Under the pieces are notes generated by a model that did no database searches, was not told the DNA's origin, and saw only the letters and a program-made list of their open reading frames with translations. Of a DNA stretch of 25,764 bases, positions 1 to 7,994 are shown piece after piece. The translations under genes and the position numbers were made by a program. How positions within the stretch are numbered: position 1 is the first letter of the stretch; each line of letters begins with the position of its first letter. The DNA lies in the NCBI GenBank assembly GCA_048939245.1, contig JBHLPR010000030.1, positions 1-25,764 of the forward strand, in the 5' to 3' direction. This DNA is from Promethearchaeota archaeon. GTDB taxonomy: Archaea > Asgardarchaeota > Hermodarchaeia > Hermodarchaeales > Hermodarchaeaceae.

Positions 1-1071
1 GTTCACCTCTATAATCGGTCCCAATCACGCATCAATCCCATCATCAGTCAAGGTGGAATCCGAGTTGATGGTGTCCTCGAAGGATTCGCGCCACTCTCGT
101 CCTGCTCTTCGAATATGGGTGAAATATTAGCTAAAGCTGAGTTTGTTTTCTTTGTTGTTCCTGCGTCAGCGCATCGAGATCTCGCAAGACTTTGCGCAAG
201 TTATTTGAATCCGAATCAGGTGCTTGTTCTTCTTCCTGGACGAACCGGTGGTGCCCTTGAGGTATCGAATATCCTCGAGAGTATCCTCGGTTGGTATCCA
301 CCAATTGCTGAGGCACAGACCTTTCCTTTGGTGAGTCGGGTCGAATCTTCTGGTCATGCTAAAATTACGGCAATCAAGAACGAATTACCAATTGCCACCT
401 TCCCAGCAAAGTATACAGAAGAATATTGTTCGTTGTTATCTACTATCCTCCCAGGGGTTGTATCTGCGGAGGATGTTCTCAATACTAGTCTAGCGAATAT
501 TGGCTGTATTTTTCATCCTGCACCCTTGTTGTTGAATCTTGGTCGAGCGGAGTCAACTCAGGGTAATTATAATCATTACCTTGATGGTGTGACCCCTACT
601 GTAGCAAAGTTTCTTGAACGAATTGATGAAGAACGTGTTTCTGTAGGTAACGCCCTTGGAAAGAAGCTCTGCTCAGCTGCTGATTGGTTACGGCAAGTGT
701 ATAATTCACATGGTAAGAATTTGTATGAGTGTCTGCAATCCACCTATTGTTATCAGGAGTTGGGGGCTCCATTCTCACTAAATCACCGTTACGTGTTTGA
801 AGATGTGCCTACTGGGTTGGTCCCAATTGCTGCAATTGGTGAACAGATCGGTGTCCCAACTCCGACAATTCGAACAATAATTGATCTCGCTTCACACTTA
901 ACTGGCATCGACTATTGGCGAACTGGCCGAAATGCGGACTATCTCGGAATTACTGAGCTTTCGACTATGGAGCTTCTTTTCTATGTCCAGGAGGGTTCTC
1001 TGGATGTTCTTAGTAGTCATGCTGTTGTCGAAGGTCATCTTGATGATTGGGATGAGGTGGGGTTAGAATGA
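1..1071 (+). CDS. NAD/NADP-dependent opine (octopine/nopaline) dehydrogenase family protein, 5'-truncated by the window
   Basis: Frame 1 is open from base 1 (VHLYNRSQSRINPIISQGGIRVDG, the second Rossmann strand). It carries the family motifs VVPASAH, LLPGRTGGALE, IAEAQT, NIGCIFHP, DEERVSVG and HRYVFEDVPTGLVP. Confidence 0.9.
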   Translation, partial: VHLYNRSQSRINPIISQGGIRVDGVLEGFAPLSSCSSNMGEILAKAEFVFFVVPASAHRDLARLCASYLNPNQVLVLLPGRTGGALEVSNILESILGWYPPIAEAQTFPLVSRVESSGHAKITAIKNELPIATFPAKYTEEYCSLLSTILPGVVSAEDVLNTSLANIGCIFHPAPLLLNLGRAESTQGNYNHYLDGVTPTVAKFLERIDEERVSVGNALGKKLCSAADWLRQVYNSHGKNLYECLQSTYCYQELGAPFSLNHRYVFEDVPTGLVPIAAIGEQIGVPTPTIRTIIDLASHLTGIDYWRTGRNADYLGITELSTMELLFYVQEGSLDVLSSHAVVEGHLDDWDEVGLE

Positions 1072-2822
1072 AGTCTTCACAGGGGTCAAAAAAGCAAATG
1101 ATACTTGGTGCTTCTCTAGGCAACTGTGTGCATGTTGCTGGTCCACTTAATTTTCTAGCATTGGCTGAAGCCCGGGGGTATTGTACGGAATTTCTTGGTC
1201 CTGCAACGTCTATCGAGCAGCTTTTACGGCGAATTGTGGAAAAAGATCCAGACATAGTTGGGTTAAGCTATCGTCTCACACCTAAGGTTGGCGTTCAATT
1301 AGTTACTGAACTCAGTCAAAGAGTAAAAGAAGAGAATTTAGAAAAGCGTACTTGGATATTTGGTGGTACTACACCCGTAGTCAACGCGGTTAAGAAGATT
1401 CGTTTCTTTGATGCCTACTTTGATGGTGATAGTACTGATGAAGATGTTCTTACATTCTTAATTGCGAATTGTGACCCAGTGCTTTATTCAAAACAACGGA
1501 AACGGGAACGAGCTCAGCTTTATGCTTCAACGCTTATTGAACGATTGGCACAGCGGAAGCCATGGCCATTAATTCGTCATCATTTTGGTTTACCTGACTT
1601 GGAAGAGACAATTGCCGGGGTCAAACAAATCGCTGAAGCAAAGTGCCTTGATGTTATATCCATTGGTCCCGATCAAAATGCTCAACAATTCTTTTTCCGT
1701 CCTGATGAAATGCAGCTCTCAGTAGAGGGTGCTGGTGGCGTTCCTATTCGAACCAAAAAGGATCTCATTGATTTGTTTGCTGCCTCGCGATATGGAAATT
1801 TCCCGCTTATGCGTTGCTACAGTGGCACTCAAGATTTAAGCAGATGGGCAAAACTCCTTCAAAAGACCATTAACAATGCTTGGTGTGCAACACCAATTAA
1901 TTGGTATAGTGCCCTTGATCGTCGGAGCACACGTCCCATCACCCAGGCAATTCGGGAAAATATGAAAAACATTGCATGGCATGGCAGAAATGGTATTCCG
2001 GTCGAGGTCAATGAACCACACCATTGGAGTCTGCGTCAAGCTCATGATACAATCGCAGTAGCAGCTGCATATTGGTCAGCATTTATTGCAAAATCGCTAG
2101 GCGTAGGCAATTACATTATTCAGATGATGATGAACACTCCCCTTGGGACCTCTCCTTCGATGGATTTAGCGAAAATGTGGGCTTATTTAGGACTCGTAGA
2201 ATCCCTAGAAGATGAAAATTTTAGAACGCACCGTCAGGTTCGAACAGGATTGCTAAGCTTACCAGTAGACCTGGACGCCGCCCGAGGGCAACTCGCCTCA
2301 TCTATGTATACTGCTATGATGCTTAATCCCGACATTGTCCATGTTGTTGGATTCTGTGAAGCAGATCATGCAGCCACATCCCAGGACGTTATTCAAAGTT
2401 GCCGCATTGTTCGGCAAGTGGTCAAAGAATGCCTACTTGGAGTTCCTAATCCTTTATTAGATCCCCTAATTATGAAACGTCGAGATCAATTAGTATCTGA
2501 AGCAACCCTTCTCCTCAAGCTTCTCATGGAACTTCCTGAGGATAAGTCTATTCATCCTTTACTCAATCCTGAAACATATTTCCGTGCATTGAAGTTAGGC
2601 ATATTGGATGCGCCTGATTTAGTTGGTAATCCTAATGCACAAGGGCAGCTCAAAACTCGAATGATCAATGGTGCATGTTATGCCGTGGATGAAAACGGGC
2701 ATATTTTGAAAGAAGAAACACGTCTAGCCAAATGTGTTCCCCACTTGGTAAAGGCTGTTGTATCAAACGGGAAACGAAAACCCAAATTACGGGTAAACAA
2801 TGAACTTGAGGTGAAACTATGA
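1068..2822 (+). CDS. Cobalamin (B12)-binding domain protein fused to a glutamate-mutase-E-like TIM barrel; uncharacterised B12-dependent enzyme
   Basis: The N-terminal Rossmann B12 domain has CVHVAG (DxHxxG-like), GLSYRL (SxL-like) and IFGG. The C-terminal ~430 aa has GIPVEVNEP, AKSLGV, LPVDLDAA and VHVVGFCEA, which parallel GlmE segments. ATGA overlap with the upstream gene; GAGGTG RBS. Confidence 0.8.
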   Translation: MKSSQGSKKQMILGASLGNCVHVAGPLNFLALAEARGYCTEFLGPATSIEQLLRRIVEKDPDIVGLSYRLTPKVGVQLVTELSQRVKEENLEKRTWIFGGTTPVVNAVKKIRFFDAYFDGDSTDEDVLTFLIANCDPVLYSKQRKRERAQLYASTLIERLAQRKPWPLIRHHFGLPDLEETIAGVKQIAEAKCLDVISIGPDQNAQQFFFRPDEMQLSVEGAGGVPIRTKKDLIDLFAASRYGNFPLMRCYSGTQDLSRWAKLLQKTINNAWCATPINWYSALDRRSTRPITQAIRENMKNIAWHGRNGIPVEVNEPHHWSLRQAHDTIAVAAAYWSAFIAKSLGVGNYIIQMMMNTPLGTSPSMDLAKMWAYLGLVESLEDENFRTHRQVRTGLLSLPVDLDAARGQLASSMYTAMMLNPDIVHVVGFCEADHAATSQDVIQSCRIVRQVVKECLLGVPNPLLDPLIMKRRDQLVSEATLLLKLLMELPEDKSIHPLLNPETYFRALKLGILDAPDLVGNPNAQGQLKTRMINGACYAVDENGHILKEETRLAKCVPHLVKAVVSNGKRKPKLRVNNELEVKL

Positions 2823-2962
2823 CTGAAGAACGATGTAGCTGTGGCTTTCCATTAAGTGAAAAGTACAAAAAGTGTATCGTTTGTTTACCTCCTCAATTGA
2901 GAATGACAACTGGGCGGTATAACCATTCAATCATTGAATCAATGTTAAAGGATTCCGGTTAA
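2819..2962 (+). CDS. 47-aa putative zinc-finger microprotein (CxC...CxxC), below the ORF-track cutoff
   Basis: Translates as MTEERCSCGFPLSEKYKKCIVCLPPQLRMTTGRYNHSIIESMLKDSG. The start overlaps the upstream stop (ATGA) and is preceded by GAGGTGA at 2808-2814. Confidence 0.65.
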   Translation: MTEERCSCGFPLSEKYKKCIVCLPPQLRMTTGRYNHSIIESMLKDSG

Positions 2963-3036
2963 AGGTTCATCAAGAACCTATGAACTCGTTATTTACTGTT
3001 TTAACCGTTTGAATGACTTTCCAAGGAGCTGAAAGA

Positions 3037-3177
3037 ATGAGTAAAAAGGCACAGAGCGATTCCAAGCAAGACAAAAAGTCCAAGGACGAACTAAAGAAAA
3101 TTAGATTGAAAGAAAAAATTGAAAGAGAACGACGAAAAGCCCAGGAGCGCGCTCGGTTAACCCTATATCGATATTAA
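3037..3177 (+). CDS. 46-aa highly charged, basic helical microprotein
   Basis: Translates as MSKKAQSDSKQDKKSKDELKKIRLKEKIERERRKAQERARLTLYRY, with AAGGAG shortly upstream of the ATG. Confidence 0.55.
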   Translation: MSKKAQSDSKQDKKSKDELKKIRLKEKIERERRKAQERARLTLYRY

Positions 3178-3409
3178 ACTGTCTACATTATTACGAAAAT
3201 AGAGAATTGCACCTTTGAGGAGTCTCTGGTAGTTGACTTTGTATCTTTGATTCCAATTACTCAATTCAAAGCATTCAGTGTTTTTTTCCGGTTTTATGGT
3301 TCTTAGAACCGATTTCATTAAACATTTGGACTTCTGCGATTATGCCAGGGTAACCGACCATTAAAAAATAGTTTATTAAAGACAAGGGTCACTGTTGGAT
3401 GTGAGTGCA

Positions 3410-3952
3410 ATGTCAGAATATCTTCTATTAACTGTTTATCGCCGGTATCTTGAGGCTAACGGTTACGAAGTTGAGCAAAAGGCTACGATTCCGGGGGGAA
3501 TAGTTGATCTTTTAGGAAAGTCGAGAAATCGAACACTGCTTGCTGAGGCAAAATGGATTCGAAGCCCTGGCGATTTCTATGAGGCGGTCGGACGTGCTGT
3601 TCAAAACAAAGTTGCCATGCCCGACGGTATCCCTGTTGTTGTGATTCCCGTAGGGGTCGCTTCCGAGGAAATTCGTGAACGAATCTTAGGTGCCTGCTAC
3701 AAGTATGGTGTCGAACTCCATTATGTGAATGTGAATGAACGCGAAGTGTTTCAAGATTACTTAACGACTCAGGTCTATCCGGCTATTAAGACTCTAATTC
3801 AATATGTGAATGACCTGATAACTCAGGGTCTTTCTGGACCTCAAATCAAAGCGCTCCATGAAGCTGTGTCAGCTTTTCAGAGTATTAGAGAGCCACCTGA
3901 ACTCGTAGACGAAGTGAATTTAGTGTTAGAAAAGCTCATACCATCACAATAG
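3410..3952 (+). CDS. PD-(D/E)XK (restriction endonuclease-like) nuclease-fold protein with a C-terminal helical extension
   Basis: SE...YLEANGYEVE...GIVDLLG...LLAEAK gives the E...D...ExK signature, followed by EAVGRA. The ATG at 3410 is preferred over TTG 3395 because TTTATTAAA lies ~30 nt upstream. Confidence 0.75.
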   Translation: MSEYLLLTVYRRYLEANGYEVEQKATIPGGIVDLLGKSRNRTLLAEAKWIRSPGDFYEAVGRAVQNKVAMPDGIPVVVIPVGVASEEIRERILGACYKYGVELHYVNVNEREVFQDYLTTQVYPAIKTLIQYVNDLITQGLSGPQIKALHEAVSAFQSIREPPELVDEVNLVLEKLIPSQ

Positions 3953-4034
3953 GGGCTCACTTGATTGTCTTCTCATTGAACTTCTCGCTAGGAGGAGAAA
4001 TTGGGCAAGTGTATCCTATTGGTTATACACCTGA

Positions 4035-4961
4035 TCAAGTGTGTAATTTGTCCGCTATCCATTTCTTTAGCGATTTTTGTGCAGGAATTTTATTTATCCA
4101 ATCCGTGTCTTGATAAAAACCCTCATGGCGAACGGTAACTAGTTCTTCCAATGTGGATGGGCGGTTGTTGGACACATCCTCTGCCAACAGATGAAGTGGA
4201 TAATTATAGGTGCTCGAAAGTTCTTGCAGTTCCTCTGTTGGAAATGAAGAAAGAATTACGCCTGAAAGTGCCGCTTGGTGCACAAAGATCTCGTATCGTT
4301 TATCTTGACGGTAGAACTGTTGACATTCAGTCGTTCCAATGAGTTCAATAAAGGTGTCATGCCATATTCGAAAGAGACGATTAGTAGGGCGGGTAATGAG
4401 AATGCCTGCATTGAAGTAGGGACGAATTTCTGTAGCATCCACATGGGTGATCATGGGAAAGATTCGGTCCTGGGGGACCTGACAGGACTGGTAAATCTGG
4501 GTCCAGAATGGATCGAGGGGAGTGTCATATCGTGATCCGATAAGGGTATGATGCACGGGTCGATATCCAAGACTTTTATTATCAGGTAAAAGGAATTCAT
4601 TCGGTTCGTTCAAGACCAGCGTGTTCGAATCTAGCCACGCTAATAACGCTGTATTTCTTTCTGCCATTGATTCAGCAAAGGCAATGGCTTGAATTGTATC
4701 TGCAAAGAAGAAGGGGAGTTTGGATTCATCCATCATAAAGGTGTTCACTTTTACCTCAAGTTCTTCAAAGCGCTCCTGGGTTGGCTTCGATAAGTTGTTG
4801 GAGGATTCGGGGGTAAATACCCAGATGGGGGTATTTGCTAGCGTTCCGGCAAATGAGCGAATGCTTTCTACGAGTAGACGGGTATTTGTTTCTGATGTCT
4901 TTTGGGGGTAGACTACGGTTGTAAAAATGAGTTTTTCGGGAATCATCTTCGAGTCGAACAT
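4035..4961 (-). CDS. GT-A fold (GT8-like) glycosyltransferase-related protein
   Basis: LLVESIRSF, WLDSNT (DxD position), PYFNAGILI, HQAALS and YNYP follow the order typical of GT8-like proteins. Confidence 0.6.
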   Translation of the reverse strand: MFDSKMIPEKLIFTTVVYPQKTSETNTRLLVESIRSFAGTLANTPIWVFTPESSNNLSKPTQERFEELEVKVNTFMMDESKLPFFFADTIQAIAFAESMAERNTALLAWLDSNTLVLNEPNEFLLPDNKSLGYRPVHHTLIGSRYDTPLDPFWTQIYQSCQVPQDRIFPMITHVDATEIRPYFNAGILITRPTNRLFRIWHDTFIELIGTTECQQFYRQDKRYEIFVHQAALSGVILSSFPTEELQELSSTYNYPLHLLAEDVSNNRPSTLEELVTVRHEGFYQDTDWINKIPAQKSLKKWIADKLHT

Positions 4962-5034
4962 TTTGGGTTGCTATTCCCTATTAATTAATCTCAAAGAGAT
5001 TTGGATAAATCGTGGATGGAACTTCTAGTTGCCA

Positions 5035-5817
5035 TTATTGTATAGTAAACGTAGTTCCTGACCCATTCGCATGGTAGACGTTTTCTCCAACGATTTTCCG
5101 AATAGCGTCTTTAGCTGCTTTTTTCGTGCAATGACAAGGTGAAACAAGTCTTACATCTTCCTCTTGAAAGAACTCGCCTGCGCTTCGGCCTTCCTCTTCG
5201 GTCGAAATATGGAAGCCACCAATCACGGCATGAACTGAGCGACCCGGAAAGGCTTTTTTCGCTGCCTGGAGTAAACGTTGAACCTTAGGGTGGGCACATC
5301 CTGTAAGAAGCACAAGCCCAACACTTTCCACGTTAAATACGACACCGTGTTCTTTGAGTTTCTGTGGACCTAAGGCTCCAGTTGTAGCGACACCAGACCG
5401 AATTATATGCGATTCATCCGCAATTACGCGCCGGATATTAGCACGACTCAAGGTTGATTCTAATGTACCATGGTGCGCTGGGAGATATGCAACCAGATCG
5501 GTGTGTTGAATCAACTCTAACGCCGGCTCAATTGCTCCAAAATGGTCATGATGAAAATGAGAGATGACGAGTGCTCGGAGGTTCGAAAACTCTAGTCCCA
5601 AGGCTTTTACATTATGACGAAAGACTTGTGCGCTTCCACTAGTATCCAAGAGTAATGCCTCTATACGCCCAGGAAACTGAATATCAACATGAAATGATAG
5701 CCCCCAGACATTGCTCAGCCCAGGTTGTGCAGTTTCATTATCCACAACGGTTGTAATTGTTATTCCTAACACTTCTTCAGTTGCAATATCTGTTTCATCT
5801 ATGGTTTCAGAGGCCAT
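5035..5817 (-). CDS. MBL-fold metallo-hydrolase (archaeal dihydropteroate-synthase-like MBL subgroup)
   Basis: Motifs VVDN, WGLS, LLDT, SHFHHDH (HxHxDH), TGCAHP, GGFH and PCHCT. The ATG at 5817 is the likely start. Confidence 0.85.
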   Translation of the reverse strand: MASETIDETDIATEEVLGITITTVVDNETAQPGLSNVWGLSFHVDIQFPGRIEALLLDTSGSAQVFRHNVKALGLEFSNLRALVISHFHHDHFGAIEPALELIQHTDLVAYLPAHHGTLESTLSRANIRRVIADESHIIRSGVATTGALGPQKLKEHGVVFNVESVGLVLLTGCAHPKVQRLLQAAKKAFPGRSVHAVIGGFHISTEEEGRSAGEFFQEEDVRLVSPCHCTKKAAKDAIRKIVGENVYHANGSGTTFTIQ

Positions 5818-5890
5818 TCTAATTACCCTACTATTTCCTCTCAATCAAACCAATTAATTCTTCTGTACACTAAGAAGAGGTTGAATTGAA

Positions 5891-6285
5891 TCACCGTTTC
5901 TTCTTGGCGATGTGATGAAATATCTTGTTAACGATTTTCTAGCCCTCCTCTGTTTTTTGCATATGATACAAATCAATATAATCCACTGGATCTGTGTTAC
6001 AAGCGAGTTCTATTATCACTGAAGCAGCGTTTCCATATCTTTCGGTGGAAAGAATCTGAAACCAGGCTTGATTCTCTGGATCATAGGTCCCTTCAGCGAG
6101 TTCCTGCTCCCGCATTTCTTGCCAATGGTCCCGACGCACAAATGATATTGCACCATTACGGACACCAAAAGACAGGGCATCCTTATGAAAAATCTTTGAA
6201 ATAGTTGGATGATCTAGAGTTCGAAGACCTTCGACAAAGGTGGCAATGCTTCCCAAATATACTCATACTCTCTATCAGATTTCAT
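5891..6285 (-). pseudogene. NTF2/SnoaL-like (putative lumazine-binding family) pseudogene with a frameshift and a premature TAG
   Basis: ATG 6285 gives MKSDREYEYIWEA. A 1-nt deletion near 6246 switches into the frame IATFVEGLRTLD...YIDLYHMQKTEEG. A TAG at 5939-5941 sits where W of WKIVNK is expected, and the frame continues KIVNKIFHHIAKKKR to TGA at 5891. Total span is 395 nt (396-1). Confidence 0.75.
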
Positions 6286-6396
6286 GTCGCCATATCGGTT
6301 TCAGCGTTATTAAAGCCTATAGAAGCAAGCAGTCATCTACGTAGTCTGAATTCTCGATAAACCTTCGATATTTTTATCTGCCAAACTAGAAATGGG

Positions 6397-6420
6397 GAGG
6401 AGCAAACACTCGGGCTCCTC
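6397..6420 (-). terminator. Hairpin downstream of the nitronate monooxygenase gene
   Basis: 7-bp GAGGAGC/GCTCCTC stem with a 10-nt loop, ~17 nt after the stop codon. Confidence 0.4.
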
Positions 6421-6436
6421 ATAGGCAAAGTCGTTT

Positions 6437-7495
6437 TTAGTTTACAAGTTTAGATACTGCTTTGAGTCGCATTTCAGCTTCTTTGATGATGCTGTCGACA
6501 ACCTCTTTGACCGTGGGAATCTCATCGATGCCACCAATGGTCTGGCCCACAAGGATGGGTCCTTTCTGAACGTCGCCCTTGTAGACGAGTTCGTATCGTT
6601 CCATTTCATCGAGCAGATCTTCAGCACTCATAGAGGCTTCTTCAGCCATGCGAGCCTCACGGTCAGGAACCACTTGACCATGTGTCCTGGAATATTCGTT
6701 CTTGAGTAATCGAATCGGTCCAAAAGCGCCGGTCGTCATAACGGTATCTTCATCGGTTGCAGGAAGAATCAGGGCTTTGTATTCATCGGCGAATTCACAT
6801 TCTTTGGTGGCGATGAATCGGGTGCCCATTTGGATACCAACTGCGCCCATGGCAAGAGCTGCTGCCAAACCTTTACCATCATACCAGCCACCACAAGATA
6901 CTACGGGTGTATCGCCTGCAAAGTCAACCATTTCTGCGGTGAGTACGCTAGTTGCGACTTTTTCATACGAATTATGTCCGCCGCCTTCATAGCCTGTTGC
7001 GATAATTCCATCCAAGACACCCTTGGTGCCTGGAAATTTCTTTTGAAACCAAGCAGGATTAAGGGCTTTTTCTGCAAGCCACTTAGCGGGAATAACATGG
7101 AAGACCTTAAGGTCTGGGTCAACATCTTTGAAGTGGTGTGCACCTGGACGTGGATCACCTGCTGAGGTGACGACCAGGCGGAGTTGTTCCCTCACCTTTT
7201 TGTTCTCTTTTCGAATCCGAGGAATCAGTTTAATTAGTTCTGGGTAATCGATTTGTAGTCGAGCTGTTCGAATGTTGACGCCAAAGGGTTTGTCGGTGTT
7301 TTCGACCACGTATAGGATGTTCTTTTCCATCTCTTTAATGGGATCAAGGTTTCGTAAATTGGTGTGTGAAATAATACCGAACCCACCAGCGTTGGAGACG
7401 GCTGCACATAGTTTCGTAGTATAGAACGGTCCCATTGCCGCTTGGATAATGGGGTGTTTGCAACCGAGCATTTCGGTAAGTTTTGTTTTAATCAT
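6437..7495 (-). CDS. Nitronate monooxygenase / FabK-like FMN-dependent oxidoreductase
   Basis: Motifs PIIQAAMG, AVSNAGGFG, PFGVN, GYEGGGH, AALAMGA-GIQMGTRFIATKEC and GQTIGGI. AGGTGA RBS precedes ATG 7495. Confidence 0.9.
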   Translation of the reverse strand: MIKTKLTEMLGCKHPIIQAAMGPFYTTKLCAAVSNAGGFGIISHTNLRNLDPIKEMEKNILYVVENTDKPFGVNIRTARLQIDYPELIKLIPRIRKENKKVREQLRLVVTSAGDPRPGAHHFKDVDPDLKVFHVIPAKWLAEKALNPAWFQKKFPGTKGVLDGIIATGYEGGGHNSYEKVATSVLTAEMVDFAGDTPVVSCGGWYDGKGLAAALAMGAVGIQMGTRFIATKECEFADEYKALILPATDEDTVMTTGAFGPIRLLKNEYSRTHGQVVPDREARMAEEASMSAEDLLDEMERYELVYKGDVQKGPILVGQTIGGIDEIPTVKEVVDSIIKEAEMRLKAVSKLVN

Positions 7496-7714
7496 GGATT
7501 TCACCTATCTGAAAGGAAAGTAGTGACGAAGGGGTTTTTTGTTTCCGGTTCTTCATTGGCGGAAGGGGTGATTTAAGTGTGTGTATTGTTTCCCAAACTG
7601 AAATCGTCAAGCTTATAGTGTTGTAGCCAGAGGATACTAAGGATTCGCTAATCTTCTTTGGAGAAAGTGGCTACACATAAACATGAAATCAGGTTTGTTA
7701 CGGAGCATATCTCG

Positions 7715-7912
7715 ATGGCGGAGCTTGGAAAGCTTGATGTGGCATGTATCGCTTTTATGACCGTGATTGTGCTTACGATATCAGGGTATATGGCTGTCTT
7801 TGGAGGGTGGACAGAAGTTGATGGAATACCAATTTGGGTGAGTTGGGTCTGGTGGGTGATCTTTGGAGTTGTCATTGCTTCGCTTCTCGTTATTGTTCTA
7901 ACTTCAAGGTAG
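7715..7912 (+). CDS. Small two-TM membrane protein
   Basis: MAELGKLD followed by two hydrophobic segments. GGAG lies upstream of ATG 7715. Confidence 0.55.
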   Translation: MAELGKLDVACIAFMTVIVLTISGYMAVFGGWTEVDGIPIWVSWVWWVIFGVVIASLLVIVLTSR

Positions 7913-7994
7913 AAAACAGGTTAGCCAGAGGGCATATATAAGAATCCTAATGGGTGAATGCTAAAGCGTATTACCTCTAGGTCATGTGATTCTA

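Noticed and set aside
2963-3310. GGTTC-n-GAACC inverted repeats near 2964 and 3298 as a shared operator
   Set aside because: The spacers differ (5 versus 3 nt) and the arms are short, so they cannot be distinguished from chance or simple hairpins.
3163-3318. 51-aa minus-strand ORF (MKSVLRTIKPEK...) as an antisense or toxin-antitoxin partner of the 46-aa ORF
   Set aside because: No RBS or recognisable motif; an ORF of this length is expected by chance in AT-rich DNA.
5939-5941. In-frame TAG as pyrrolysine or amber recoding
   Set aside because: It replaces an expected Trp (single TGG>TAG change), the same gene also has a frameshift, and TAG is a normal stop for many genes here (pyk, rbcL, LLM).
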